Below, in pieces: positions 37,369 through 47,579 of a stretch of 64,000 nt of DNA. A program made the translations under genes and the position numbers. The notes beneath the pieces were generated by a model. The model saw only the letters and a program-made list of their open reading frames with translations, was not told the origin of the DNA and made no database searches. The number at the start of each line of letters is the position of its first letter. Position 1 is the stretch's first letter. The DNA is from an uncultured Alphaproteobacteria bacterium. GTDB lineage: Bacteria > Pseudomonadota > Alphaproteobacteria > HIMB59 > GCA-002718135. The stretch is from assembly GCA_902518895.1 (NCBI GenBank), contig CABYHL010000001.1, forward strand, positions 81,038 to 145,037, given 5' to 3'.

Positions 37369-38758
37369 GTTGGAAATTGAAAATTTTGATAAAGAGGTTT
37401 TGAGAGAGTATGATATCCGAGGAGTGGTCGGTAACAATATCAATCAAAATACCGCCTATACTATTGGAAGGACATTTGCTTACACAGTAATTAATCGATT
37501 AAAATCTAATATAATTGCTACTGGTTTTGATGGAAGATTAACATCACCAGATTTACATTCAGCACTTTGTGAAGGCTTAAAAGACTCAGGTGCTAAAGTT
37601 ATTAATATTGGTATGGGTCCTACGCCAATGACTTACTTTGCTCATTACCATCTTAATGCAGACGCAGCTATAATGGTTACAGGCTCTCATAATCCTTCAG
37701 AATACAATGGCTTTAAAATGGTTTTAAATAAGCATTCTTTTTATGCTGAAGACATTCAAAGCCTTCAAAATCTAATTGATCAAAATGATTTAAAATTAAA
37801 AGATGGTGAGATCAGTAATAAAGATATTAAAAAAGATTATACCGAAAGATTATTACAGAATATTAATCTCAATAAAAAAATTAAAATTGCTTGGGATATT
37901 GGTAATGGTGCGATGGGAGCTGTCATTAAGGAAGTTACAAATAATTTAAATAATTCTGAAAACATATTAATTAATGAAGAAGTTGATGGTAATTTCCCTA
38001 ACCATCATCCAGATCCAACTGTTCCAAAAAATATGGAGCAATTGATAAAGTCAGTCAAAGATAACAGTTGTGATATAGGTCTGGCTTTTGATGGAGATGG
38101 AGATCGTTTAGGTGTTGTAGACAACTTAGGCAATTTAGTTTGGGCGGATCAGTACATGTTATTACTATGCACTGAAATTGCTAACTTATACGATAACCCA
38201 AAAATAATTATGGATGTTAAATGTAGTAAAGTTTTTTTTGATGAAGCAAAAAAACTTAATTGCGATCCTATTATGTCTAAAACTGGTCACTCTCCAATAA
38301 AAGAAAAAATGAAAGAATTAAAATCCCCTTTATCAGGAGAAATGAGTGGTCATGTATGTTATGCAGATGATTTTTATGGTTACGATGATGCAATGTATGT
38401 TGCGTTACGCTTATTACGAATATTATGTAATCAAGAAAAATCCTTGAATGAGTTAATTAATATATATCCAAAAACTTATTCAACCCCTGAAACAAGGTTT
38501 GATGTAGATGAAACAAAAAAATTTTTAATTATTGAAGAAATAAAAGAAAGAATAAAAAATACAGAAGGTAAAATAATAGATATTGACGGCATAAGAGTGG
38601 AAAATGATGATGGATGGTTTCTAATGAGAGCTAGTAATACCCAAAACCAACTAACTTGTAGAGCAGAGTCTACTTCTCAAGAAGGCCTTAAGTCTTTAAT
38701 AGCAATTATCGAAAATCAGTTATCTCTAAGCGGTGTAAATTATAAGTTTACAGTCTAA
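37352..38758 (+). CDS. Phosphomannomutase/phosphoglucomutase
   Basis: TGSHNP phosphoserine loop, FDGDGDR metal loop, GEMSGH sugar loop. ATG 37352 preferred to the track's TTG 37343. Confidence 0.88.
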   Translation: MEQVNKLEIENFDKEVLREYDIRGVVGNNINQNTAYTIGRTFAYTVINRLKSNIIATGFDGRLTSPDLHSALCEGLKDSGAKVINIGMGPTPMTYFAHYHLNADAAIMVTGSHNPSEYNGFKMVLNKHSFYAEDIQSLQNLIDQNDLKLKDGEISNKDIKKDYTERLLQNINLNKKIKIAWDIGNGAMGAVIKEVTNNLNNSENILINEEVDGNFPNHHPDPTVPKNMEQLIKSVKDNSCDIGLAFDGDGDRLGVVDNLGNLVWADQYMLLLCTEIANLYDNPKIIMDVKCSKVFFDEAKKLNCDPIMSKTGHSPIKEKMKELKSPLSGEMSGHVCYADDFYGYDDAMYVALRLLRILCNQEKSLNELINIYPKTYSTPETRFDVDETKKFLIIEEIKERIKNTEGKIIDIDGIRVENDDGWFLMRASNTQNQLTCRAESTSQEGLKSLIAIIENQLSLSGVNYKFTV

Positions 38759-39860
38759 CAAAACAATCACGATTATATTTTTTCAATCTTTTACAAGCTT
38801 TATAGGCTTCTTTTTTAGAAAAATTTTCAAATCTAGATTCATAAAGTTGTTTACCGCTAACTTTGATCAGCACAACATTTGAAATTTTATCTTTAGTAGA
38901 AACTGGATATTTACTTTTAATTAATTTGATTTGTTTTTCTGCATTATTTCTATACTTAAATGTTCCAACAACAATGGAATAAGTATTTTTTTTCTTTTCA
39001 ATTTTTTTGTTTGGAGTCTCATCTTTTTTAACTATTTTTTTATTACTACTTTTTGTCTTAATATTTAATTCAGCAAATTCTTTATCCATTATTATTTTCA
39101 AAGATTGATTGCGTTGGCTTCCTGTATCACCCCCAAAAATAATTCCTATTAATCTCTTATCATCTCTAACAGCTGAAAAGGCTAATTGAAAACCAGATGC
39201 TTTTATATATCCAGTTTTAATTCCATCAGCACCATCATAGCTTAACATTAATTTATTATGCGTTTTGTACGTCTTACCCTTATAAGTAAATTTTGTTTTG
39301 CTAAACAATTTATACTCTTCTGGAAAATTTAAAATTAGTGCACGTGAAAGTTTTGCTATATCTCTTGCAGTTGTTAATTGCGCTCTATTAGGCAGACCTG
39401 ACGCATTTTTAAAAGTTGTATTATTCATACCTAAATTTTTTGCATAGCTTGTCATAAGTTTAGCAAATTCTTTTTCACTACCTGATATATTTTCAGAAAC
39501 TACAGTTGCTACATCATTTGCTGATTTAATTATAAGCGCATTAATTGCATCTCTAACTTTTATACTTGATCCTGCTTCTAAATAAAGTTTGCTTGGTGAT
39601 CTTGAAGCAGCAATATTTGAGACACTTAATTGACTATCATAACTAAGTTTTCCTTTTTTAATATAATCAAATACTATGTAGAGAGTCATTATTTTTGTTA
39701 AGGATGCTGGATAATTCCTCGTATCGGCGTTGACTTCGAATAGTACTTCTTCTGTGTCAAAATCAATAACGATTGCTGCTTTTTTAGCAAAAAGATTTGA
39801 TGAAAAACCTAATATTAAAAAGCTATTTAAAATTATGATTAATAATAAATTTTTTTTCAT
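38748..39860 (-). CDS. D-alanyl-D-alanine carboxypeptidase (PBP5/6 class) with C-terminal SPOR-like domain
   Basis: SLTKIMT (SxxK), SAND (SxN), KTGY (KTG). The last ~75 aa, YSIVVGTFKYRNNAEKQIKLIK...YESRFENFSKKEAYKACKRLK, resemble a SPOR domain. Confidence 0.82.
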   Translation of the reverse strand: MKKNLLLIIILNSFLILGFSSNLFAKKAAIVIDFDTEEVLFEVNADTRNYPASLTKIMTLYIVFDYIKKGKLSYDSQLSVSNIAASRSPSKLYLEAGSSIKVRDAINALIIKSANDVATVVSENISGSEKEFAKLMTSYAKNLGMNNTTFKNASGLPNRAQLTTARDIAKLSRALILNFPEEYKLFSKTKFTYKGKTYKTHNKLMLSYDGADGIKTGYIKASGFQLAFSAVRDDKRLIGIIFGGDTGSQRNQSLKIIMDKEFAELNIKTKSSNKKIVKKDETPNKKIEKKKNTYSIVVGTFKYRNNAEKQIKLIKSKYPVSTKDKISNVVLIKVSGKQLYESRFENFSKKEAYKACKRLKKYNRDCFVRL

Positions 39861-39943
39861 TTTTTCTTGATTAACATAAGATTTTCGATGCTTTCAAACA
39901 GAAAAATACTTTAAAATATTCTAAAACATATTATTTAAGAAAT

Positions 39944-40279
39944 ATGGCAAATGAAGATCAAAATAATAACAATAATAAGGACGATTTTCAAAGAGGCCTT
40001 TTATTAGATACAAAACCTAAGACAAAAAAACCATCCATGTACAATGTTCTACTTTTAAATGATGACTATACTCCTATGGAGTTTGTTGTTATGGTATTAG
40101 AAAAAATATTTAATAAAAAACAAGAGGAGGCTACACAAATCATGCTTCATGTTCACAAAAATGGTATTGGTGTTTGTGGAACATTTACTTATGAAGTGGC
40201 TGAGTCAAAATGTAAATCAGTAATGGATATGGCAAAAAAAAATGAACATCCTTTACAATGCACAATGGAAAAAAGTTAA
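39944..40279 (+). CDS. clpS: ATP-dependent Clp protease adaptor ClpS
   Basis: [17 protein letters not shown] and [11 protein letters not shown] motifs. Confidence 0.92.
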   Translation: MANEDQNNNNNKDDFQRGLLLDTKPKTKKPSMYNVLLLNDDYTPMEFVVMVLEKIFNKKQEEATQIMLHVHKNGIGVCGTFTYEVAESKCKSVMDMAKKNEHPLQCTMEKS

Positions 40280-42552
40280 TGCTGTCACAAAATTTAGAAA
40301 AAACATTAAGAGAAGCATATCAACTAGCGACTACATATAAGCATGAGTATGTAACCCTAGAGCATTTATTATTTTCTCTTTTGGAAGACCAAGATGCAAT
40401 TAGTGTTCTTAAAGCGTGCGCAGTAGATATTTCAAATTTAAAAGAAAGCGTTGAGAAATTTATTATTAATGATTTAGAAAATCTTAAAGAGAACTTTACT
40501 GGAGAGCCAAAATTAACAAATGGTTTTCAAAGAGTTTTGCAAAGAGCTGCTATCCACGTGCAATCGAGTGGAAGAGAGAGTGTTACAGGAGCTAACATGA
40601 TTGTAGCTTTATTTTCTGAGAAAGAAAGTCATGCTGTATATTTTCTTCATCAACAAAATATGAGCAGATTAGATGCTGTGCAATATATTTCACACGGTAT
40701 TTCTAAAAGTAATGAAAGTTTTGAAAATGAAGAATTTGTAGATAGTCAAACAAATGACAATAATGAACAACAAAAACCAAAAAGTGCTTTAGGTCAGTTT
40801 TGTATTAATTTAAATGAAAAATCAAAAGATGGTAAAATTGATAAGCTAATCGGAAGAAGCAAAGAGCTAGATAGAACAATTCAAATTTTATGCAGAAGAC
40901 AAAAAAATAATCCTTTATTTGTTGGAGACCCTGGTGTGGGGAAAACAGCAATTGCTGAAGGATTGGCAAAAAGAATTACAGAAAAAAAAGTACCTAAAAT
41001 TATGGAGGACGCAATTATATATTCACTGGATATGGGCGCTCTTCTTGCAGGTACAAGATACAGAGGTGATTTTGAAGAGAGATTGAAAGCAGTTCTTAAA
41101 GAGTTACAAAAAAAAGACAAAGCTGTTTTATTTATAGATGAAATCCATACTGTTATTGGTGCAGGAGCTACCAGTGGAGGATCAATGGATGCTAGTAACT
41201 TATTAAAACCTTCACTAGGCAACGGTACTCTTAAATGTATTGGGTCAACTACTTATAAGGAGTTTAAAAACTATTTTGAAAAAGATAGAGCTTTGGTCAG
41301 AAGATTCCAAAAAATTGACGTTAAAGAACCATCAAAAGATGAGACAATCAAAATTCTTGAAGGTTTAAAAAGTTACTATGAAGAACATCATAATATTAAA
41401 TATTCACCTGAAGCAATTATTAGCGCTGTTGAATTATCAAATAAATATATAGGTGATAGGAAACTTCCTGATAAAGCCATTGATGTCATTGACGAAGCAG
41501 GTGCATCACAATATTTATTGCCTGAAGAGAAAAGAAAGAAAATTATTCTATCAAAAGATATAGAAGCAGTTGTTGCTTTAATGGCAAGAATTCCAACTAA
41601 ATCTGTTAATCAAAGTGATAAGAATAGTCTAAAAAATCTAGAAAGAGATTTGAAAAATTTCGTATTTGGTCAAGACCAAGCTATAGAAGAGCTTTCATCT
41701 TCCATAAAGTTAGCAAGAGCAGGACTTAGAGAAGATGGTAAGCCAATAGGTTCATACTTATTTTCTGGACCTACTGGGGTTGGAAAGACTGAGGTAGCTA
41801 AACAATTAAGTAATACACTTGGTATCAAACTTCTTAGATTTGATATGTCAGAATATATGGAACGTCATACTGTGAGTAGACTGATTGGGGCTCCTCCAGG
41901 TTATGTTGGCTTTGATCAAGGGGGATTATTAACAGATGGTGTAGATCAAAATCCTCATTGTGTACTTCTTTTAGATGAAATTGAAAAAGCTCACTTTGAT
42001 TTATTCAATATACTTTTACAAGTAATGGATTACGGAAAACTAACAGATCACAATGGTAAGACTATAGACTTTAGAAATGTTATATTAATAATGACAACTA
42101 ACGCTGGTGCAATTGATGTATCTAAAAACAAAATCGGCTTTAATGCAAAAAGATCTAACGATGATAGTAGCGATGCAATAAATAGAATTTTTTCACCAGA
42201 ATTTAGAAATCGTATTGACTCAATTATTCATTTTAATCATTTATCTAAAAATATTGTACTTTCGATAGTAGATAAATTTATTATAGAAATTGAAGCACAA
42301 CTCGAAGATAAAGGTGTTTCATTATCGATTAATAAAGAGGCAAAAGAGTTCCTAGCTGAAGAAGGTTATGATGAAGTGTACGGTGCTAGAGAATTAGGTA
42401 GAGTAATACAAGAAAAAGTTAAAAAACCGATGGCTGAAGAACTTATCTTTGGTAAGCTTGCTAAAGGTGGTCATGTTGAAATTACATGTAAAGATAAAAA
42501 AATTAACTTTGAATTTTCTAATAAACAAGAAGTAAAAAAAGAATTAGCCTAA
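40279..42552 (+). CDS. clpA: ATP-dependent Clp protease ATP-binding subunit ClpA
   Basis: Clp N-domain, two AAA+ modules (GDPGVGKTA, GPTGVGKTE). TAATG overlap with clpS gives ATG 40279 rather than the track's 40258. Confidence 0.92.
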   Translation: MLSQNLEKTLREAYQLATTYKHEYVTLEHLLFSLLEDQDAISVLKACAVDISNLKESVEKFIINDLENLKENFTGEPKLTNGFQRVLQRAAIHVQSSGRESVTGANMIVALFSEKESHAVYFLHQQNMSRLDAVQYISHGISKSNESFENEEFVDSQTNDNNEQQKPKSALGQFCINLNEKSKDGKIDKLIGRSKELDRTIQILCRRQKNNPLFVGDPGVGKTAIAEGLAKRITEKKVPKIMEDAIIYSLDMGALLAGTRYRGDFEERLKAVLKELQKKDKAVLFIDEIHTVIGAGATSGGSMDASNLLKPSLGNGTLKCIGSTTYKEFKNYFEKDRALVRRFQKIDVKEPSKDETIKILEGLKSYYEEHHNIKYSPEAIISAVELSNKYIGDRKLPDKAIDVIDEAGASQYLLPEEKRKKIILSKDIEAVVALMARIPTKSVNQSDKNSLKNLERDLKNFVFGQDQAIEELSSSIKLARAGLREDGKPIGSYLFSGPTGVGKTEVAKQLSNTLGIKLLRFDMSEYMERHTVSRLIGAPPGYVGFDQGGLLTDGVDQNPHCVLLLDEIEKAHFDLFNILLQVMDYGKLTDHNGKTIDFRNVILIMTTNAGAIDVSKNKIGFNAKRSNDDSSDAINRIFSPEFRNRIDSIIHFNHLSKNIVLSIVDKFIIEIEAQLEDKGVSLSINKEAKEFLAEEGYDEVYGARELGRVIQEKVKKPMAEELIFGKLAKGGHVEITCKDKKINFEFSNKQEVKKELA

Positions 42553-43682
42553 TTTTTGAAAGGAAGATAATCTTCTAATTTTTCTTTTTGATTATCAATA
42601 AGCTGACTTTCATTATCAAGAAAATTTTGAATAGCTTTGCTAAATTCTTGATCTTTTATCCAATGAGCACTCCATATTTTTGTAGGCGCGTAACCTCTTT
42701 GCAATTTATGTTCACCTTGAGCTCCTGCTTCTACAATTTGAATCTTATTTTGAATTGCATATTCAATTGCTTGATAATAACAAAGTTCAAAATGTAAAAA
42801 TGGCACATCATATTTTGATCCCCATAATCGTCCATACAAATGAGTTTTACTTAGAAAATTGATTGCAGAGGCAACCATTTTATCTTCTTGATAAGCCATT
42901 ATAAGTAATATTTTGTTTCTAAAATTATGTAATAATTCAAAGAAAAATTCTTTAGTTAAATACGTAGAGCCCCATTTTCTTCCTGTAGTATCTAAATAAC
43001 AATCGTAAAAAAAATTTATATGCTCTTCTTTAATTTCATCTCCATTAAGTAATTTTACAGTTAAATTATTATTTTCAATACATTGTCTTTCTCGTCTAAC
43101 AATTTTTCTTTTTCTTGAGGATAAGTCATTTAAGAATTCATTAAAATTTTTATATTCATTATTGTTCCAATGAAATTGTATTCCTGATCTAACCATAATA
43201 TTATCAATTTCGTTCCAATTTGATGCATCATTGACAAAATTAAAATGAAGAGAAGAAACATTTATTTTTTTAGCCTCTTCTATTATATTATTAATTACCT
43301 GAACTTGCTTTCCCTTTTTATCTTTTACTGATTTGTTTAAAACAATTCTATCACCAGTTACTGGTGTAAATGGTATTGCAGATTGAAGTTTTGGATAATA
43401 GTTTATTCCATATCGATGATAGGCATCAGCCCAAGAATGATCAAAAATATATTCTCCAAAAGAATGATTCTTTATATAAAGAGGACATAGTGAGATAATT
43501 TTGTCATTTTTTTGTTCAATATAATGATATGGCTGCCAACCTGTTTTGGTATTTGCACTATTACTTTTTTCTAAAGCATAAAGAAATTCATATTGTAAAA
43601 ACGGATGATCATTACCAACACATTCGTTCCAATCAGAACTTTTGATGTTACTGAGCGAAGAGCAAAAAAAATGTTCACTCAT
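42549..43682 (-). CDS. FemAB-like/GNAT-fold N-acetyltransferase family protein (COG3146-type)
   Basis: Length and pattern (WQPYHY, FGEYIFDHSWADAY, LHFELCYYQAIEYAI, GAQGEHKLQRGY) match the conserved 'peptidoglycan biosynthesis/recognition'-named family. Confidence 0.6.
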   Translation of the reverse strand: MSEHFFCSSLSNIKSSDWNECVGNDHPFLQYEFLYALEKSNSANTKTGWQPYHYIEQKNDKIISLCPLYIKNHSFGEYIFDHSWADAYHRYGINYYPKLQSAIPFTPVTGDRIVLNKSVKDKKGKQVQVINNIIEEAKKINVSSLHFNFVNDASNWNEIDNIMVRSGIQFHWNNNEYKNFNEFLNDLSSRKRKIVRRERQCIENNNLTVKLLNGDEIKEEHINFFYDCYLDTTGRKWGSTYLTKEFFFELLHNFRNKILLIMAYQEDKMVASAINFLSKTHLYGRLWGSKYDVPFLHFELCYYQAIEYAIQNKIQIVEAGAQGEHKLQRGYAPTKIWSAHWIKDQEFSKAIQNFLDNESQLIDNQKEKLEDYLPFKN

Positions 43683-43691
43683 TTGGAGTAT

Positions 43692-44156
43692 TTATTTAAT
43701 TTTAATTATTGCGTCTATTTCAACAGAAATATTGAGTGGGAGAGCATTTGAACCAACTGCGAACCGCGCATGTCTTCCTTTGTCACCAAAAATATTAACT
43801 AATAAATCTGATGCTCCATTTATAATTTTAGGTTGATCAGTAAAATTATCATTACAATTAACAAAACCTCCCAGTTTTAAAAAGCTGTCTAATCTATCCC
43901 AATCACCATTTATGGATGTTTTTAGAGCTGCGATAATATTAATGCAGCAAATTTCAGCCGCTTTAATTCCATCTTCTTCAGAAATATCTACACCAACTTT
44001 TCCACTATATAGAATTTTCCCATCTATTACCGGTCCTTGACCTGATACATAAACAGTACTATTGGAAACTTTATAAGGAACGTAATTTGCTAGTGGTGTT
44101 GGCATATCAGGAATATTTAAATCTAATTTCTTGATATTTTCTTCAAAGATGTGCAT
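43692..44156 (-). CDS. RidA/YjgF/UK114 family protein
   Basis: VYVSGQGP and C-terminal ARFAVGSNALPLNISVEID pattern. ATG 44156 preferred over the track's 44198. Confidence 0.75.
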   Translation of the reverse strand: MHIFEENIKKLDLNIPDMPTPLANYVPYKVSNSTVYVSGQGPVIDGKILYSGKVGVDISEEDGIKAAEICCINIIAALKTSINGDWDRLDSFLKLGGFVNCNDNFTDQPKIINGASDLLVNIFGDKGRHARFAVGSNALPLNISVEIDAIIKIK

Positions 44157-44200
44157 TACATATATATAAAACAATTTGGGTGAAGGTAAAGAAAACAAAT

Positions 44201-44767
44201 ATGATTAAATTTAAAAAACTATTTATTTTCATCTTCATTTTCTCAATATTTTTAAAAGGAGAGATTTTAATGGCTGATGAAAAAAAAGATATTATACACA
44301 TGACACTTAAAGATGGTGTTGTTGTAATAGAGACAAAACCAGATGTAGCACCAAAACATGTCAAACAAATTAAGCAACTTATTGAAGATGGGCAGTATGA
44401 CGGAGTCGTTTTTCATAGAGTAATAGATGGTTTTATGGCTCAGACGGGAGATGTAGAATTTGGAAATTCAACTAATGACAATTTTAATCTATCAAGAGCT
44501 GGTACAGGTGGATCAAAACTTCCTGATATAGAGGCTGAATTCTCTTCAGAAATTCATGGAAGAGGGGCAGTGTCCATGGCCAGAGCTCAAAATCCAAATA
44601 GTGCTAATAGTCAATTTTTCATTTGTTTTAATGATTGTTCTTTTCTAGATGGTCAATATACTGTTTGGGCTCAAGTTACCGAAGGTATGGAATATGTAGA
44701 TAATATTACAAGAGGTGAACCACCTGCCGATCCAGATAAAATAATTAAAATGGAGATTATTAAATAA
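44201..44767 (+). CDS. Cyclophilin-type peptidyl-prolyl cis-trans isomerase, secreted
   Basis: FHRVIDGFMAQTGD, SMARAQNPNSANSQFFI. Signal-like MIKFKKLFIFIFIFSIF; ATG 44201 preferred to GTG 44180. Confidence 0.88.
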   Translation: MIKFKKLFIFIFIFSIFLKGEILMADEKKDIIHMTLKDGVVVIETKPDVAPKHVKQIKQLIEDGQYDGVVFHRVIDGFMAQTGDVEFGNSTNDNFNLSRAGTGGSKLPDIEAEFSSEIHGRGAVSMARAQNPNSANSQFFICFNDCSFLDGQYTVWAQVTEGMEYVDNITRGEPPADPDKIIKMEIIK

Positions 44768-44771
44768 TTAA

Positions 44772-45854
44772 ATGTTTGTAGCTGACTTGCATAATGATCT
44801 TGTGCAAAGAGTTATTGAAGGTGAAGATGTTACTAAACTTACATCGCACGGGCATACGGATATACCAAGGTTATTAAAATCAGAAATTGATTTAGAAATT
44901 TTAATTATTTGGGTTTCAAGCAATTCTAAAGAACCAAATTTTTTTAAAAGAGCTGATAAAATGTATGATGAAATTGAAAGAATTTCATCACATGAAGAAA
45001 TTGTCATTCCAAAAAAACTCACGGACATTAATGAAGCAATAGAAAAAAATAAGTTAATACTTCCAATTTCAATGGAAGGTGGAGAAGGTTTAGAAAATGA
45101 TATCAATAATTTATATCATTTTATTGAAAGGGGTCTTTTCTATTTTGGCCCAACTTGGAATCATTCTTTGGAATGGGTTTCATCAAATTATGATGAGACA
45201 TACAATTCTTCAAAGCTAAAAAGCCACGGCTTAAATGAATTTGGGAAAGAAGTTGTTTCGATTTGCCAAGATAATAATGTGCTAGTTGATGTTTCGCACA
45301 TTGGAGAGAAAAGTTTTTGGGATATTGCCTCAATAAGTACCAAACCTTTTATAGCTTCGCATTCTAGCGTGTATAATTTGTGCCCTCATTTTCGTAATTT
45401 AAAAGATGATCAAATTGATGCTATTAAAAAAGTAAAAGGTTTGATTGGTCTAAATCCATACCCTTTCTTTATTGATAAATCTTTTAAAGAAAGAGAAACC
45501 AAAGAAAGAAAAAAATATATTGATGAATTAAATTCTATTGAAAGAAAATATTCAAACAAAACATCTCAATGGATCGCAAAACAACATTTTCTACAAAAAA
45601 AATTAGCAAATATATGTCCGAGTATTGAAATATTTGTTGATCATATTGAGTATGTAATAAATCAAATAGGTATTGATTATGTTGGAATAGGCAGTGATTA
45701 TGATGGTCTTGATTGTTTGCCAAATAAATGGAGTGATTGTCTAGATCACATGATAATTCAAGAAAGTTTAGAAAAAAGAGGATATAAAAACACTGAAATT
45801 GAAAAAATTATGGGTAAAAATATCTTAAGAGTTTTGGAAGAAATCTATAATTAG
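44772..45854 (+). CDS. Membrane dipeptidase, peptidase family M19
   Basis: VADLHNDL, VDVSHIG, ASHSS, GIGSDYDG motifs. Confidence 0.85.
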   Translation: MFVADLHNDLVQRVIEGEDVTKLTSHGHTDIPRLLKSEIDLEILIIWVSSNSKEPNFFKRADKMYDEIERISSHEEIVIPKKLTDINEAIEKNKLILPISMEGGEGLENDINNLYHFIERGLFYFGPTWNHSLEWVSSNYDETYNSSKLKSHGLNEFGKEVVSICQDNNVLVDVSHIGEKSFWDIASISTKPFIASHSSVYNLCPHFRNLKDDQIDAIKKVKGLIGLNPYPFFIDKSFKERETKERKKYIDELNSIERKYSNKTSQWIAKQHFLQKKLANICPSIEIFVDHIEYVINQIGIDYVGIGSDYDGLDCLPNKWSDCLDHMIIQESLEKRGYKNTEIEKIMGKNILRVLEEIYN

Positions 45855-46442
45855 AAGTATACCAATTAAAACTAAAATTATTCCCGATGTTTTTTGAATA
45901 AATTTTTTTCTTCTCTGAAAAAAATTGCCCATTCCATAACTTGTTACTATAACTGTAACTATAATATACCAAATGCCATCTATTACAGATGCAGTAATGA
46001 CAAGAATTGAGTGTGAAAAAAAAGATGCATCTATTTTTACAAATTGTGAAAATACTGCAGAAAACCATATGAGAATTTTAGGATTTAAAATTGCTATAGA
46101 AAAGCCCTGTAAGAATGAATTAAAATGTTTTTGATTATTTATATGGTCAATTTCTTGATTTTTTTTAAAAAGAAATTGCAAGCCTATAAATAATAAAAAT
46201 AGAATTCCAATAATTTGTATAAATTGAAATAGTATTTCATTTGTTGTTAAAATAATTATTAGTCCAGTTACTGCAAAAATTGCGTATACCCCCATACCAA
46301 TCCCGTGACCAATAGAAGTCAGAATGCCAGCATATCTATTAATTGTAACACTGTTTCTGATAATTAATGCCAAACTAGGCCCAGGAGACATAGCTCCAGC
46401 AATACATACTAAGGCAAATTGAAGCCAAAAGATAAAAGTCAT
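45825..46442 (-). CDS. LysE/RhtB family amino-acid exporter
   Basis: N-terminal GAMSPGPSLALII motif, six hydrophobic spans. 30-nt convergent overlap with the dipeptidase gene. Confidence 0.8.
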   Translation of the reverse strand: MTFIFWLQFALVCIAGAMSPGPSLALIIRNSVTINRYAGILTSIGHGIGMGVYAIFAVTGLIIILTTNEILFQFIQIIGILFLLFIGLQFLFKKNQEIDHINNQKHFNSFLQGFSIAILNPKILIWFSAVFSQFVKIDASFFSHSILVITASVIDGIWYIIVTVIVTSYGMGNFFQRRKKFIQKTSGIILVLIGILLIIDFFQNS

Positions 46443-47176
46443 TTAATTTTTGTTAGAGATAAATATTTTTTAATTGTTTTTTCTAAACCATATTCAAAGG
46501 TATCACAGATCAGTGCATGACCTATAGAAACCTCTTCGACATTATTAATATTTTCTAAGAAAAATTTTAAATTTTCCAAATTTAAATCATGGCCTGCATT
46601 TAATTTAATTTCAGGAAATTCTTTTTTTAAATATGTTGATACATCTATATAGGATTTTATGGCAGTATCTTTATTTTCTGTAAAATTATGAGCATAATCG
46701 TATGTATAAAGTTCAACTCTATCAGTTTGTATAACTTCTAAATTTTCAAGTGTTTTAATCGATGGATTTATAAAAATTGAAACACGAATTTTATTTTTTT
46801 TAAATTCACTAACAATATCTCGAAGAAATTGTTTATTTTCATGACAATCCCAACCAAATGAAGAGGTTAATGCACCAGGTGGATCTGGCACTAACGTGAC
46901 TTGATCTGGTTTAACTTCTATTACTTTTTTAACAAAAAAATCTGATGGATATCCTTCAATATTGAACTCTTTATTTTCAAATTTTGCCAATAAATTTTTT
47001 AATGGCTCTAGGTCAGAAAATTTTGCATGTCTTTCATCAGGGCGAGGGTGTACTGTAATTCCATCAGCACCAAAGTTTAAACATTTATTACTAATATCAA
47101 TCAAGTTTGGTAAGTCAGCACCTCTTGCATTTCTCACTAAAGCAAATTTATTCACATTTACGCTTAAAGCTGTCAT
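46439..47176 (-). CDS. pdxJ: Pyridoxine 5'-phosphate synthase
   Basis: LSVNVNKFALVRNARG, VHPRPDERH, IEGYP, AGHDLN motifs. Confidence 0.9.
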   Translation of the reverse strand: MTALSVNVNKFALVRNARGADLPNLIDISNKCLNFGADGITVHPRPDERHAKFSDLEPLKNLLAKFENKEFNIEGYPSDFFVKKVIEVKPDQVTLVPDPPGALTSSFGWDCHENKQFLRDIVSEFKKNKIRVSIFINPSIKTLENLEVIQTDRVELYTYDYAHNFTENKDTAIKSYIDVSTYLKKEFPEIKLNAGHDLNLENLKFFLENINNVEEVSIGHALICDTFEYGLEKTIKKYLSLTKIK

Positions 47177-47250
47177 AATTTATTAATTTTTTTATTTTAA
47201 CTTCACTTATTATTTTTACTAATCAATAACATCAAATTGAAAGGAGTAAT

Positions 47251-47571
47251 ATGAATAAATTTTATTTAATCGGAAAATTAAGTCCAGAGTACGTTAAAGG
47301 TTATATGAGTAATCCAGATCAAGATAGAGCTGCGATTGTTGGAAGTGCTGCTGAAAAAGCTGGAGGTAAATTACATAGTTTAGAATTTGTAAGAGGTGAC
47401 TTTGACATGATTGCTACAGCAGAAGGTGATTATGAATCAATGCTTGCCATGAAGGTTACAGCTTTACAATCAGGAATGTTAAATGAATTAATCATTCTAG
47501 ATACAAAATTTGATATGGTTAGTACTGTAAAAAAAGCAGTAGAGGCCTCTGGAACTTATAAAAAAACTTAA
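47251..47571 (+). CDS. GYD domain-containing protein
   Basis: About 100 aa, pattern K.....NP.DR......A.EKAGGKL......RGDFD characteristic of the GYD family. AAGGAG Shine-Dalgarno upstream. Confidence 0.65.
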   Translation: MNKFYLIGKLSPEYVKGYMSNPDQDRAAIVGSAAEKAGGKLHSLEFVRGDFDMIATAEGDYESMLAMKVTALQSGMLNELIILDTKFDMVSTVKKAVEASGTYKKT

Positions 47572-47579
47572 GAATATCT

